64,000 nucleotides of DNA from Glaucostegus cemiculus (lineage: Eukaryota), in assembly GCA_976551045.1 (NCBI GenBank), contig CDPCPM010000744.1, forward strand, positions 12,338,001-12,402,000. The letters are read 5' to 3'. The notes beneath the pieces are model-generated. The model saw nothing but the letters and a program-made list of their open reading frames with translations, had not been told where the DNA came from and did no database searches. Numbering within the stretch: position 1 is the stretch's first letter; each line of letters begins with the position of its first letter. Positions 26,130-40,800 of this stretch are shown here, one piece after another. Position numbers and translations under genes: made by a program.

Positions 26130-27525
26130 TGTCCGAAGAAATGGTAGGAACTTACCTCTAACCTACCTGTGGTGGATAAGCTGTTAGAATGAATTCTAAG
26201 GGATGGGATCTATGCGCATTTAGAGAACCATGGACTTATTAGGGACTGCCAGCTTAGCTTTGTAAATAGAAGATCTTGCCTCACAAGCCAGATAGGGTTC
26301 TTTGACGAGGTGACCAAGGATATTGATCAGGGTAATGCAGAACATGTGATCGATATTTACTAAGGCGTTTGACAAGGTTCCGCATGGTAGGCTTCTTCAG
26401 AAGGTCAGAGGCCAAGGGATCCAGGGAGGCTTGGTCGTGTGGTTTTCTGTAGAAAATTGGCTTGCCTGTAGGAAACAGAAGGTGTGGTAGAGGGAGTGCA
26501 TTCGGATTGGAGGGCTCTGACTAGTGGTGTCCCACAGTGATCGGTTCTGGGACGTCTACGTTTTGTGATTTTTATTAATGACTTGGATGATGGGATGGAA
26601 GGGTGGGTTAGCAAGTTTGTAGTTGACACAAAGATCGGTGGTGTTGAGAGTGTGGAGGGCTGTCGAAGCTTACAGAGGGATATTATAGGATGCAGAGCTG
26701 GGCTGACAAGTGGCAGATGGAGTCCAATCTGGAGAAGTGTGAGGTGGTACATTTTGGAAGGACAAATTCCAGGGCAGAGTACAAGGCAAATGGCAGGATT
26801 ATGGGCAGTGTGGAGGAGCAGAGGAATCTGGTGGTTTATTTCCACAGATCACTGAAAGTTGCCTCACAGGTGGATAGCCTAGTTAAGAAATCTTACGGGA
26901 TGTTAGCGTTCATAAGTCATCGGATCGAGTTTAAGATCCGCAAAGCAATGATGCAGCTTGGTAAAACTCTGGTTAGACCATACTTTGAGTACTGTGTCCA
27001 GTTCTGGTCGCCTCATTATAGGAAGGATGTGGAGGCGTTGGAAAGGGTGCAGTGGAGATTTACTAGGATGCTGCCTGAATTAGAGAATATGGGTTGTGAG
27101 GAGAGACTAAAGGAGCTAGGGCTTTACTCAATGGGGAGAAGGCGGAGAAGGGGAGGCATGATAGAGGTATACAAAATATTAAGCGGAATAGCTAGAGTGG
27201 ACAGCCAGCGCCTCTTTCCCAGGGCACCAACTCTCAATACAAGAGGACATGGCTTTAGGGTAAAGGGTGGGAAGTTCAAGAGAGAAGTCAGGGGGAGGTT
27301 ATTCACCCAGAGAGTGGTTGGTGCATGGAATGTGCTGCCTGGGGTAGTGGATGAGGCTGGTATGTTGGCCAGGTTCAAGCGATTGTTAGGTAGGCATATG
27401 GTGGAATTTAAGAGGGGTATGTGGGAGGAAGGCATTGGATAGCCTGAGGAGCGGTTTGAATGCCGACACAACATTGTAGGCCGAATGGCCTGTATTGTGC
27501 TGTATCGTTGCACGGTTCTATGTAA
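26130..27525 (+). mobile_element. CR1 LINE, RT through 3' end, frameshifted
   Basis: ORFs 26565..26855 and 26690..27442 give INDLD..SKFVVDTKIGG, WADKWQM, LVRPYFEYCVQFWSPH, TRGH; the 3' UTR ends gttctatgt. Confidence 0.92.
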
Positions 27526-28639
27526 GTTACAGGAGCTTGTACATTTTCTGTTAAGGAGAGGAGAACAGAAGACATATACAAGCTATCAGTCAATAGGAAC
27601 TATCGCTGTCAAGCATCTACCAAAAAGGCAGAGTCACGCCCCCATGAAGGCCTGCAAGACATACTCATTCCAATAAACCCCTCGAAATTATTTGGTGGCT
27701 CTTTGCAGCATAAGGTTCCTCAAGGATGCAGCAAAGCGCATGTTGATGGAGGCAAACTCCAGAACTTGGAGGACCAGTAGTTGGAGGTGAACGCGTGAAT
27801 ATGTTGTCTGGTGCACAGGGAGATAAGCAGAGGGGCGATGTTAATTACACGATTTTTCTGTTGGGGGCCGGCGAGGACCACATCGGCCGATTGCTCTCTT
27901 ATGTTCTCATGAGGTGTTAACCAAGGGTGCAGGGATAGTGATCCGAAAGACCTGAACTGGAAAAGCAGGACATCTTGGAGGATTCCCGGGCTGGGAGAGA
28001 CCACGTAGAGTGGGATTACAGGGCGGACACACCCCAGAAATATTATAAATATGGGTGAGGTATTTTCAAGTTAAGGCGCTATTGAACCAGGAGTGTGAGG
28101 ATTTATGGTGACTGGACAGAGGCAGCAGAGGTGGCCTCGGCTGTACAGAGAGGAGAACGGGGAAAGACTTTGGAAATGCAGACAGCCGGGAGAAACAGGA
28201 GACTGAAGGTGAGCTGGACAAGAGCAGAGACTCCCCCATTTAGATGCGCCTTAATGCGGCAGATTTTGACCAAGGACAAAAACACAAAAAGTACTGGAAA
28301 ACCTCATCGGGTCGAGCAGCGTCTGTGGAGAGAGAGTGGGGGGGAGAGAGAGGGAGAGAACAGGGGATTCTACACAGCTTGCTCTCTCTTGAGATGTTTT
28401 GAACCGTTCTCTGTCCATCGCCAGCTGGATCATTGGGACAGTGATGAGCAGGAAACGTTCATCATGTTTCCAAATAGGGTATTGGGGATGGGACAACAAG
28501 AGCGGCCATTGAGTTCCTTGAGACAGAGCCAATACTGGCCTGGTCCTGGCACCGTGATGGTGTGAATACGATGAAGAAGAAGACGACGACTGTGATCCTT
28601 GACCGCCACCCCCGCTATACCCCGCTGTTCACAGTGCCA

Positions 28640-29530
28640 CCTCCTAATATAATAGTGGTAATTGTCACGTTGGTGACGAATTATTATGCATAATTGCCCT
28701 CTGATTGCTCGGTATGTGTCACTTCTTTGTCAGCCAATAAATCATTGTTTTCCTTCACCCTTTGGCGAAGCCATGATCCTCGAAATTCTGATGTTTTCCT
28801 CCGAAAGGGAACGGACTCAAGCTCTACCAGAAACATCTGCTCTTCTATGTTCGTCCATTCTACCAATGCAGATTACTTTGAAATATTTGTTGACACTCTA
28901 TCCTGGCCAAGTCCCTTCTCATCCCACTGAAGTCCCTCCACACATTGAAACGTTGCTGTCTCTCTCCATTATTCATCTAAAAGTTATGAATCGATCATCA
29001 CTGCTCCCTCGGTGTTCTCTCATTTACACCTGACTGATGTGTCCCACAACTGTATTTAGCGATGCCTCATTCCTGAATGGTCGGAAGCAGACTGTTCAAA
29101 GACGTTCTCCTAGACATTTCAGAAAGGCCACCTTTCTACGTCCTTTCTAAAACCATTGTTACAACCAAAGTTGAGGTAATTGTAATTCCGCGATCTCACC
29201 GGTCCACGTTCTTGCACGTTCCTTTAATTTCCCAGCAGACATGCTCTTCTGTCTCCATTACACATTGTGCTGGCCGATAACGGACCTCCGACAGTGTGAG
29301 AACTCCGCTTTCTTTCTTAACACTGACCTGATGGATTCAGTGCTCGACTTCTCAGGAATATCTTATCTCTCTAGCGCTGTCAGATCTTCGTTAATTAGCA
29401 CACACTCCCTTTTCTCCCTTTCCCATTTTCTTACATTTCTTATATGCCAGGAAATTGTATTTGTTTGTGTTTAACCATGTGTTCATTTATTGTCAGTATA
29501 TTGTTATCCACACGGCTATTTATACCCGTA
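28640..29530 (-). mobile_element. Highly degenerate CR1 endonuclease region
   Basis: The reverse of 29390-29460 resembles '.PGY..FR.DR...KGGGV..LI'; no open frame. Confidence 0.45.
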
Positions 29531-32500
29531 GTTCACGAAAATCATAACATCATGTAGAACGTCGTGGATTTTCAAAGGTTATTTTCATGAGTGGACGGCA
29601 CTGGCAGTTGTTGGCGCTACATTGTCCCAGGAGCTAGAGAATATTCCATTACGCTCCTGACCTGCGTCTCGGAACAAGGTCCTGAGGTGTCAGGAGGTGA
29701 GTTACTCACCGCAGGATATCCAGCCTCCGAATTCCACTTGTAGCTCCATTTTTTACGGCTGGTCCAGATGTGTTCCTGGTGAATGGCGACCCCACGGATT
29801 GTTGGCGCTGAGAGCCACAGAGAGGATAATGCAGGCTGTTGGATCCCTCTTGTTGAAGATAGTCATGGTCGGACAATTTTGAGACATGAATGTTACTTGT
29901 CATTTATAAGACAACAGATGGACTTTGTTCAGTCCATGTTGCGTGCAGTCACTAGCTGCCTCGTTTGCTGAGATTGGGCTGGAGGAATAGGAACTGGAGT
30001 GGAAACAGCTCATTATTCATGATGGAACGTTAACGATAAGGCGGATCAGGTTTCACCAAGATATGGTCAGATTCCTGAATTCCAAGTCCTCACCAATACA
30101 CAATGGGACAACAATGACATGTCCGAGGCTTTTGGAAGAAAACAAAATAGACGTGGAAAATCACTATTCTCGACGAGAAATAGCTCCTCCTTGTTTTCTG
30201 TTGTTTCAGTCTGTCAGAGCATTGCAAGATATTTCGCAAGGAAAAGTTTAATTATATGAATCATCGTGCATTTGGATCTCTTGCGATCGGGAGCATTGTG
30301 CAATGTTGCTGCACTATTTTTGGTGTCTCATTCACGGAAACAATCATCATTTATTATTATTAAAACGTATTACTTTGGATCTTAGACATTGCTATCTACC
30401 AACAATATTGCAGCTCCGTATTATAAACGTGCCGAGTAATCCGTATTATCGTTCTTATCTTCATCGAAGGTGTTTTGTCGACCAGGAAAGAAATATTCAG
30501 GGGCTTTTGAATTAAATCCTCTGTTCAGCCGTGACTGCGATACCAAGCTTCTCATCAGCCTTTAGTTATCAATGCAAATAGGTTCCTCAATGTATTTGTT
30601 ATTTTGCACTTCCCCGAGCACATCATTCAATCCAGGATGCTTTTTGCAAGTTTGAAAGGTGTTATTGTGTTGTGTTTGCTCTCCCAACTCCCACATCTTT
30701 AATCTAAAATTATTCCACAGACCAGAACCAAAGGATTGTTTTGGAGTGGAATGATATCATGCAGCTCATTCAGTGCTGTCAGCTCCAACTTCAGGAGTAC
30801 AGCAGTTCTCTTCCATCCTCTGGTCCTCTTGTCCTCAAACGGCTCCACTCTAGTAACCCTATCCAATCCATTCATATACACCAATCAAATATTCATTTTG
30901 CAGTCCTTCTTCCAAGGGGAACAGCCACAATACAGATGTCGTCATACAATTATATAGAGTTTTAGGGAGAATACTGGGGAGTATTTTGTATCGTTTAGGT
31001 ATGCTTAGCTTTATAATGAAAACATATACTTGCCACTGAAGTAGTACAATGAAGATTCACCAGGCGACATCCTGTTATGGTTGTTTTGATGTATAAGAGT
31101 CTATTTACAGCCCTGTATACCCTGAAGTTTAGAATTAAAGGGGATTTAATTGATCCGAACCAAATTGCCACAGGCTCGATAGGCTGGATGCAGGGAGCAT
31201 GTTTCCCTTGGCTGAGAAGTCCTGGGCCACGGGGCACAGTTTTGGAAGTAGGGGCCTGCCATTTATGATTGAGATGAGGACAGGTTTCCCAATCAAGGTC
31301 AGGAAATCCACCTTGAGTCTGAAGAAAATACTGGTTAGGTCGCAATTACACTTTTCTTCCTTTTCTGGAGATCAGCTTCTCGGAGGGATGTGAAAATACG
31401 AGGGAAGATGCCGAAAATAATCCCTGGATTAGTTCCAGAGATGATAATCTTTGGTTTCAGATTAGATGGAGGAATGTGCAACATGAGCAATAGAAACAGG
31501 GCCAAGGCATGTGCGTCCACAGACCTGCACTGCCATCAAGATAAGACCAGATGATAAGCTATCTTTATTAATCATATGTACATCGAAACACACAATGCAT
31601 CTTTTGTGTAGCGTTCTGTGGGAATGTCGATGTTCTGTCTCGGCTCCATTTCCCCGCACTATCCCCCACATCCATGGATTTCTCTTTTGAGTGAACTCAT
31701 TGGTTGAGACTCCATTCCACTCGAGGACTGCATTCGTTTCTGATCGCACAATTATATGAAGGATCTGGAGGCTTTGGAGCGGGTGTAGAAGTTTAGCAAG
31801 ACGCTGCTTGATACCCTCTTTTTGTGGACAACAATTGTCTGACACTTTTGGGGCATGAATGCTTTTGCAGCTCATGACTGGATGTTGTTCAGGTCTTGCT
31901 GCGCGCAGACATTGGCTGCTTCGATTGTTGTAAAGTTCCGAATGGAGCCTAATGAATGAAGGAAGGCCATTGATGAAGATGTTTCAGCAAAGTATTCCCT
32001 GCACTACAATCTGTTTTGCTCACTTCGGAGCCTCGTTTATTCTGCTGCCATCAGATGTTGCGCCAATTCCTTTCTATTATTGCCACGCACTTCCTTCCTG
32101 GTAAATCTAATCCCTCTTTTATTATTAAAATATGCCGGTGGCAAACATTCTACCAATTTAGATTAAATTCTCCCCAACCACGCTAGCAACCGTCCCACAC
32201 AGATATTTCTAAGAAAGTGCAATCTGCCATATTCAACAGGCCACGCCTGTCCCCTCTTCCGCAGGTGTTTCCTCGGGGTTGAGAATGATTTGCTCCTCAT
32301 CCAATTCCAAAGAAGGGAAATGCGTTCCCTTTGAAAGTTGGGATGCTTGCTGCGGAATGCCTGTGATAGTCTCGGGGAAGGCTTTGGTACAATGGGAAGT
32401 ATCTCAAGGCGACTGGAGACCACACTTCGCCGCAGAGACGGCTCGAGCACTCAAACACAAACGCATATGAACTTGCCCAGAACCAGTGATTCTCCTCCTT

Positions 32501-32999
32501 CCTTCGCCATCCACGTATCTCCATTCCTTTCCCCTGTCTCTCCTTATTTCAGTTCCCTCGATTGGCTCCTCACACCTTCATAGACCACTGTTCCTACCAT
32601 CCCACTTTTGCTGGGTTCTCCTGTGCCTCTCAGCACCGCCCCTTCCCTTTTTCTCAGGGTGTGACACCGTCATTTGCCCTCTTCACTACTGTTCTGCGAT
32701 TTCTGATTGGTCTTCCTCAGTCCCTAGAAACCCTAGGCATTCGCTGGTCCTTCCCTGAATATCTTAAGAACACCCTCGAGTAAATAACATCCTCACGCCC
32801 AGTACTAGCACTTCCTTAAATTGCGAGCCCTCGGCCCTGTCATCACTGTCAATATGCAATGGCTCTGATCTTGCGGGATCTCTGTCTCCCAGCCTCTCAA
32901 CTGACTATGCGTGACCAATTGTGGCCCTAGTCCTTTCCCTGACCCTGACCAAACATCTTTCTACTGCACCGTCGGTGTAACCACCAGGTGTATTTGTCT

Positions 33000-33900
33000 C
33001 CCACAGATTGGTGGTATTGCGGATAGTGCAGAAGATTTCCAAAGGTTACAGCGGTGTATCGATCATTTGCGGATATGGGCGGAGAATAATCAGATGGCGC
33101 TTAATCCGGCCAGTGTAAAGTGCTGCAATTTGAGAGGTCAAATGGATAGGGTCAGTAGACATTTAATGGGAGGAGACTTAACAGGGTTGATGTACAGAGG
33201 AATCATTGGGTCTAAGTCCATTGTTCCCTGAAAGTGGCTGTACATGTTAGTAAATTGGTAAAGGAGGCGTGTGGCATGCTTGCCTTTATTAGTTGGGGCA
33301 CTGAGTTCAAAAATCTGCAGATTTCAAAAATTGTCGTTTGGCCGCATCTGGAGTATAACATTCAATTCTCGTCGCCCCATAATAGGAAGGATATGGAGGC
33401 TTTGGAGAGGGTGCAGAAGGATTTCACCAGGATTCTGCCTGGATCAGAGGGTACATGCTATAAGAAGAGGTTGGAGGAACCCCGGTTATTTTCTCTGGAG
33501 CAGCAAAGGCTGAGGGGAGACGTGATGGAAGTTTATAACTCATGAGAGGCGTAGATAGAGTAGACAGCGGTTATGTTTTGCAGGGTCGAAATGCCCAACA
33601 CTAGAGGGCATTTTTTGAGGGAGAGAGGGGGAACGTTCAACGGAGATGTGCGGGGCATGATTTTTACACGGAGAGTGGTGGGTGCCTGGAATGTGCTGCC
33701 AGAGAGTGGTGGAGGCAGATACGTACTGGTATTCAAGAGGTCCTTAGGCCCATGGATGTGCAGGGAATGGAGGGTGATGAACACTGGGTAGACACAATGT
33801 ATTAATTTAGTAAGACACTTTATTGCTAGTATAATTAGTTCGGTACAATACCGTGGGCCTAATGGCATGTTCTGTGCTGTACCGTTCTTTGTTCTATGTC
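33000..33900 (+). mobile_element. CR1 3' fragment at the start of duplicated block A
   Basis: ORFs 32911..33231, 33234..33545 and 33573..33791 carry CR1 motifs; the same fragment with the same 3' flank is at 52600-53605. Confidence 0.88.
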
Positions 33901-36900
33901 CCTATACCAAAGTTTATAAGTCGCCCGCCTGTCCCTGAAATCACGATCCCCTCTCTCGCCCTCCAGCATTGCCTTTAATCAGTCTGAGTAGCTGAAAACA
34001 AAGAACTACAGAGCAAAATCCGCGATGGTGCTGATTAGCGCGCATTTCCGTTTCATGAATATCTCGATCAATCACGTATAAAACGAGTTTAGGTATCCAT
34101 CCAGGCACCACTGGGTGCAACAGCAAGGATGTGACGTAGTGGTATTGCTCTTAGGAGAAGAAACTGTGTACTCCACTGCGAATATGCTTCAGCCTCTTAT
34201 TTAACGAACTCGCCATCAGATGGCTGCAGCCGCCCTGCTTGTACCACAATGGTCGCCACGTGGAATAGTACAGCACTGAAACAGGCTTTTCTGCCCACGA
34301 TGTCGGTGCCGACCGTGATACCAATCCTATCTGATCCCATCTGCCTGCACGTGGTCTCCATCCATCCATTCCCTCCCGTCTAACCGTCTCTTAAACGATG
34401 CTGTCTTATCCGCTTCCACCATCGACCCACTACTCACTGTGTAATAAAAGCCTCATAAATCTCCTTTAAATCTCCCCACTCTCCAACACTTCTTAAAGCT
34501 ACGCATTCATCTTACTATTATCGTAATTACTCATTTTCGGGAATCAGGGCATTAATGTCAACGTCAGTATGGGTTATCCATCCTATTTGGTCTTGAGAAC
34601 GTGGTCTTGATCGACCTTCTTTAACATTTGCAGTCTCCCCCGTGAATGTACTCCCATACTGCTGCAGGAGAGGGAATTTTGTATTTAGACTCAAAGGCGA
34701 GGGAACAGTGACTTATTTCTGAGGCAGGATGGTGGGCGAGTTGCAGTGAGGCTTGCAGGGGACAGCGTCCCCATGCATGTGGTAATCCTGTCCTTCTTGA
34801 TGAGAGAAGTTTGGGAGATACAGTAGGGGTGATCTGGAGGAGTAACTGAAGGGGATTTTGTCAATGGGAAACTGAACTGGCGGTGGAAGGAATGTTCTGA
34901 TTGTTTGCCAGTCACGTGGTTGCTTTCCTCAGGAAGTCGATGAGCTTCTTGACTGTGATTGGAAGTGAACAAGAAGAGAATGTTTCCTCACATTCCTGAC
35001 ATGTGCATTGTAGGTTGAGGAGGAATCCGTGGATGTCAGCAGTTCAGTCCCACCCCGCAGAACAGCCAGTCCTAGACTCACTCTTTTAAAACTGAGCGGT
35101 CTTTTAAAACTGAGATAATGAAGAATTTCTTCAGCCAGAGGGTGGTGAATCTGTGCAATTCGTTGTCACGGAGACCAAATCACTCTGTGTATTTTCGAAA
35201 GAGATTGATAGACTCTTGAATGGTAAGAGGGTTAACGGTTTCTGGACGAAGCCGGGAAAAATGAGGATGCAAAATCAGCCATGATTGAATGGGGGAGCTG
35301 GCTCCAGGGGCCGAGTATCCTAATTCTATTCCTTTTTCTTATGGTCTTATATCAATGTTTCGGTACTTGGCGATAGGGATCCCATTTGCCGTCAAGAGTG
35401 GGAATGGGCAGACTCCTACCCGTTGGAAACGATCATTACCTAGCCTGTTGTTAAATGACTGATAGTTGTCGCGTATTAGTCCATGCCTGAATGTTGTCTA
35501 AATATTGCTCCGTGGTCGGCATGCGATACTTTTTTTTGGTTAAAGATGTCTTTTCAACCGGTTGCCGAAGTGCACACATCAGGCAAGAACCGTGTGGAAG
35601 GTTATCAAGTAATCCACTTGTTCCTCCGACCCTGTGATCTACTCCTGCTGCTGAATTTGCCTCTTTCGTACATTATGGGATCTGTTGTCCCATAATGCCG
35701 CGTGCGGGACAACATACTGTTCAGCAGTCTTATTAGCCAACCCCCTGAAGATTCCTGCACTAACGACTGGCTGTTTTAGATGACCACCTACACACCGACT
35801 GTAGTTTCTGGGGAACAGATTGGAACTAGCTGCAACTTGCCGTTCAGGAAGCTCTTAGTCTTCCCTCTTCTCCGTCGAAACTCCTGTTGCCAATCACTCT
35901 CCGATACCTTTAGTTGGGGTCCAAGCATTTGGAGGAGTGTCCTTCACGTTTGATCGTCCTGGCACATGAAATGTCCTAAAGTTTCCAATTGGTGCAAGAA
36001 TCGCTAGCAATGGCTTCAGCCCCTCTCTTTGACAACAGAACCGCACCACTGTTTTAATAGAAATGCTTGGCAATGCACTTCCTGATTTAGATATTCCTTC
36101 TTTTACTTCTTAGATGCAAATTTAGGAGAAGCTACGTCAGCGGCAACATCTCGATCCATTCTGATAAAACACCTGAATCAAGGACACTGTTCAGATGATT
36201 TCGTTTCTAACCCTCCTTCTCCCCATCCCCGCGCTCAGAAGCAAGGATTTATAACTAAGATTAAAGCAGGAGGTAAAGGAAACGCTGAATTGTTCTAACT
36301 CACAGTTAGAATCAGGTTGCTTATCACTGACCTAGAGGACGTGAAATTTGTTCTTTTGCGGTCGCAGTACAGTGCAAAGAATTAAAATTATTATAAATTA
36401 CAGGAATAAATAAATAGTGCAAAAGAAAAGAAAAAAGAGATAGTGTTCATGGGTTCAGAAATCTGATAGCGGAGAAGAAGAAGCTGTTCCTGAATCTGTA
36501 ACTAGCGGAATGCCTTCTTTTTGGACGCTGAGCTTTTTTTAATATTCTTCTAGGACTGAAGTCTTCACATAGCTTCTCAAAGAAAACAACATATTTGTAC
36601 ATTTGAAGTCATTTGTGGCTCACGGCAATGATCTGTGCAGTGATTCGAAAACCTCTCTAAAGGAAAGCAAATGAGAAATTCTAGCTTCGAATGCAACGTC
36701 GCTTACACCTAAAATGTTTTGGCTTATTTTCTTTACCCGTGTTTACAGGTTTACTTCCGTGTAAGAAAGATTTTCTATCCATGTTATGCTTATTTGAATT
36801 GAACAGCATTTCGGCTTTCACGACTTAAACTTCTTCAATGCCAACTCTTTGAATTTTGCGTGTATCTCGCCTTCCTCTCAGTATTTGCCATTACTGACAG

Positions 36901-37198
36901 GTTGCCTGGGCATCTTAATCAAAACTTAGCACCCGTACTTCATTCCAAAAGTCATTGCTTCTTTTGCTTACTTCACCTTCGAAGGCAGCTTGAACAATCT
37001 GTGCTAGTTTGAAATGCTTTAACGGATCACAACAACAGCGACTCTAAATGATTAATTCACAAACGTTAACGCAATTCAAATTATGAAGCAACTTAAAAAA
37101 GAATCGGGGCAGAAGTTGCGTTGAAAACCTTGGACTGAAATCATCTCAGGAGAGCAATTTAAGTAAACGCACAAACAAAAGATGTTCCACTGTATTTC

Positions 37199-37205
37199 TA
37201 TTTAA
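37199..37205 (+). promoter_or_regulatory. Candidate TATA-like box (TATTTAA) of GPCR copy A
   Basis: tttctatttaagggac is identical in both paralogs (60165-60171 in B), about 170 bp upstream of the ATG. Confidence 0.4.
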
Positions 37206-37368
37206 GGGACTGTATTTAATATGTCTCTTGAGGAAACCTAATAGGGACGAAGGGGATTAAATCATCTACAAGTAAGTTCACAGGTAGCTTGCTGATTCCA
37301 TCGTGCCGCCGTATTTAACGACATTTGTCCTTGTAGTCATCAGGCACCGAGTCCCGCGCATAATCGTA

Positions 37369-37456
37369 ATGCAGAGAAGCGCCTTTGATCGGATATTGAA
37401 ACTTTATCGTACCAGATACTATTTTACGCATATTACTGCAGTGGTCGGAATACTCG
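37369..37456 (+). CDS. GPCR copy A, coding exon 1 (N-terminus and start of TM1)
   Basis: ATG at 37369, MQRSAFDRILKLYRTRYYFTHITAVVGIL, phase-1 donor G|GTAAGT at 37457. It joins exon 2 in frame to rebuild the TM1 'GN' motif and is conserved at 60338-60425. Confidence 0.85.
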
Positions 37457-37824
37457 GTAAGTATTACAGCTCTTTACCGTTCTCTGGTGATGGGTCTTTA
37501 AGTGTATTACATCTGTGGTTGTCGATTGTATGATGACACGTTGTCCAGTGTTTTTAAGATATGCACTGGAGATTAGTTTGAAAGAATCCATTCCATTTAT
37601 CGATATGCTCATATTTTTCATATTATAATTATAAACTGTATTTTTTTTCTGGAAGTCAATCGCTTTGTTTATGGGATCTTGGATTGTATCCTAGGAACCA
37701 CACATCCCTGTAATGAGCAGTGTAAAGTGATTTTCTTCCAACAATCACGAAGACATGTAATTGTGGTCACAGAGACAGGTGACACCTACGCTTGGAGCTG
37801 CAAGAGAGAATTGTGGATGCGGGA

Positions 37825-40800
37825 GAAGCCTGCTGGTTGTTGATGGAGGAACAGCTATTTGCCTTTGCTCCTAATTTAATTAACTCTTTAAACCCGGTTC
37901 TAAATCCTTTTCTTTTCATCCTCCGTAATACTTTTAAACGTCATTTTACTTTATTATGACTAGAAGGAGTGCCAAAGCTATGCAAATTACTAAGGAAGGT
38001 GATCCTCCTGTAACATTGAAACTATTTTCCAATTGCTTCGAAAACATGTAGATGACTCTTCCGAGCAGCTTCGACAGCTTAATTCCATGTTGGATTCTAA
38101 TTTAGACCTGGCATGATCATGACAAACGAAATAAAGTGATTGAAACGTCTCTTTCGATTTTGGATGGGAAAAATAATGTTAAAACCGTTCAGAATCTAAT
38201 GAAATATTAAAGCAGAATATTACCGACTTAGAAGACAGAAGAAACTGTTTTCGTATTTTGGGTCTTAAAGAATGCATTGAAGGTAACCAGCCTACGGAAT
38301 TCTTTGCAAACCTTTTGACTCAATTATTTCCCTCTTTTAAAATCTCTGCCTAAGGTTGATCGAGTACATAGGTAACAGTTGTAAAAACTTGCTGCGCAAG
38401 ACAGACACAGGTCAGTCATCATTTCTCTTAATGATTTTCTAATTAAGGAGCTTCTAGTTTATGATTCCCGTCGAAGAGGAATGATTGATTACCAAGATTA
38501 CAAGATCAGAATTGTTGAGAATTACTTAACCACGGTTATGAATGAACACGTTAAATTTAAAAAAGTCATGTCGGAACTTTATCATAAATGCTTTGAGCCT
38601 TCTCTCCGTTGCCTTGGTAGACTTAGAATTATTCTGAAAAATGGCTCGCAGAAGTAGTTTCGTTCGCCCGAGGAAGTTCAACGTTTTCTGGAAGCTGAGG
38701 TTTGAATGGTTAAGTAGTTTATTTTTTCACGAACATTTATTGCTTTTACTCTTGGTAACCCTCTTACTAATTCTTATATGTCTATGTAATTTGATTTTCT
38801 CATTTTTTTAATATGTTACTTTATGTATATACTTCTGAAGTCTTTTTTTACTAACAAGATTTAATAAGGATGCTTGTTATCTATAATTTTGTAACTGTGC
38901 TTTTTTAATTCATTGATTTGACAGGGTTGGAAAAACCTAACCTTGAAATTTAGAGAGCAGCGTGCTTGGGTCTAAACTGTCTGTAGTTAGCTGTCGGTTG
39001 CCTATTGGCCGGCTTTCTGTCTTTGGGTGGTGGGTGGGAGGGTGGTGAGTCTCTCTTTGGGAGTTGTTTTGGCCTCTCAGCCAAATTTGCCGCTGAATTA
39101 CCTTATCTGGAAGGTCACAGTTTGGTTTCAATCGACATCCCAGTATGGTTTGCTCGTAGTCATTTTTAAATTGCATTTAAACCATATTAAATTGGATCGA
39201 GTTATTAATTTATTTAGTTTCAGCGTGAAAGGGTTAAATCACCCTGTGAAACGTATTAATTTTATTGCCTATATTGAACAATTCAAGCTCCTATTATCTT
39301 TCTACAAGAAACTCATATATGTAACTGTGATATCTCGCGTTTTTTTAATTGGTGGAAGGGTTGCAATTTCATTCCTCTTACCAAGCTAAATCAAGTGTGT
39401 TCTCAATACTTATAGATAATACAGTTTCATTTGATCAACGTAAGGTAATAAATGACACTAATGGTCGCTTTGTTAGAGTATAAGGAAAAATAGATAATAC
39501 ATTGATGGTATTTGTCCATATTTATGCTCCAAACACTGATGACTCATGAATTTTTGAACGATCTTTTGCACAAGCTTATGAAGATTTGAATCTTTATTCT
39601 CTGGTTTAAGGAGGAGACTTCAAATGTTGGTTAGATTCAAGGTGAAATAGCTCATCTACTAAACGAGCAGCTCTAAATAAATCAACTTTATATCTTCAAT
39701 TGGTTTTAATAAACTCTGGCGTCCCTGATCTTTGGCGTTTTCTTCAACCAGAAGATGGAGAATATTCTTTTTTCTCACATGTTCACCATACACATACCAG
39801 GGTTGACTATTTTTTGTTGATAATCAAATGGTTCCATCAGTTCGATCCTGTAAATATAGACAGATAGCTATTTCAGATCGTGCTTCTGTGACTTGATCTT
39901 TAACTCTTCCTGGATTTCGTCAAGCAAACATATTTTGTCGTTTTAATCGAACTTTGTTATCTGATAAAGACTTCTTAAAATGTTTGAAGAAACAAATTAC
40001 TCTTTTCTTTAAAGCAATACGACGGAGGTAACTTACAGTTTTATTATATGGGATGCTCTTAAAGTCTTTATGAGAGGATAAATGGTTTCTTATACCGTAA
40101 GCGTTATGAAAAAAGCTAACAGAGAGAGAGAGTTGATTTCTCTAATCAGTTGAAACTACGAGACCAAAAATATACCATGGATCTAGATCCCGATTTGTAC
40201 ATGTCGTGTTGAAATTAAAACTAAATATGATCTCCTTTTAAAATATCCATTTGGAAGTCAACTTTAAAAAAAATTAAAGTCAATTCTATACTCATGGAGA
40301 CAAGCAGGTAAATTACTGACTAACCAATTAAAAAACTCTATTGCTAGACGAAAAATTAAAGAAATGTGCAAAGCTAACGGTGAGAGGACAATTGATCATT
40401 CATAAAAAATGATGCTTTTAGTGTATTTTATTCTTATTTAAAACTTCGGATTAATTTAAATTTGGGCCTGATTTATTTCAATGCATTAAATTATTTTATT
40501 TACCCTTCTCTGCTCTTGTTCTTACTAACTTTCAAAATTCCAAAACTTTGGAACTTCAACGTGGAATCAGACAGGGATGCCCTTTGAAACCTTTGCTTCT
40601 TGATCTGGCTCTAAAACATTGGCTTTTGCTTTTCCAGAATCGAGAGATATCGTTGGTATCTTTAGAAGTGTTACCCACAAGGTTTCGCTTTATGCTGATG
40701 ATTGATTTTTTTTTAAATTTGTAATGTTGAGACCTCGTTCCTCCCGTGCTTTCCCTATTTTCTTGTTTTAGCTGGTTTTCAGGATATAAATTCAATTTAC

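Noticed and set aside
28663-28680. Possible LTR end and primer-binding site (tgtcacgttggtgacga)
   Set aside because: No paired LTR or gag-pol ORF could be found to support it.
22037-32783. Numerous 60-170 aa ORFs (for example 22037..22528, 28095..28565, 31462..31875)
   Set aside because: They span junctions of unrelated repeat fragments or have no recognisable domain; this is the expected background in six-frame translation.
37221-37241. Six-codon upstream ORF (MSLEET / MSFEET at 60187) in both paralogs
   Set aside because: It begins only about 22 nt after the TATA-like box, probably upstream of the transcription start, and the conservation is explained by duplication.
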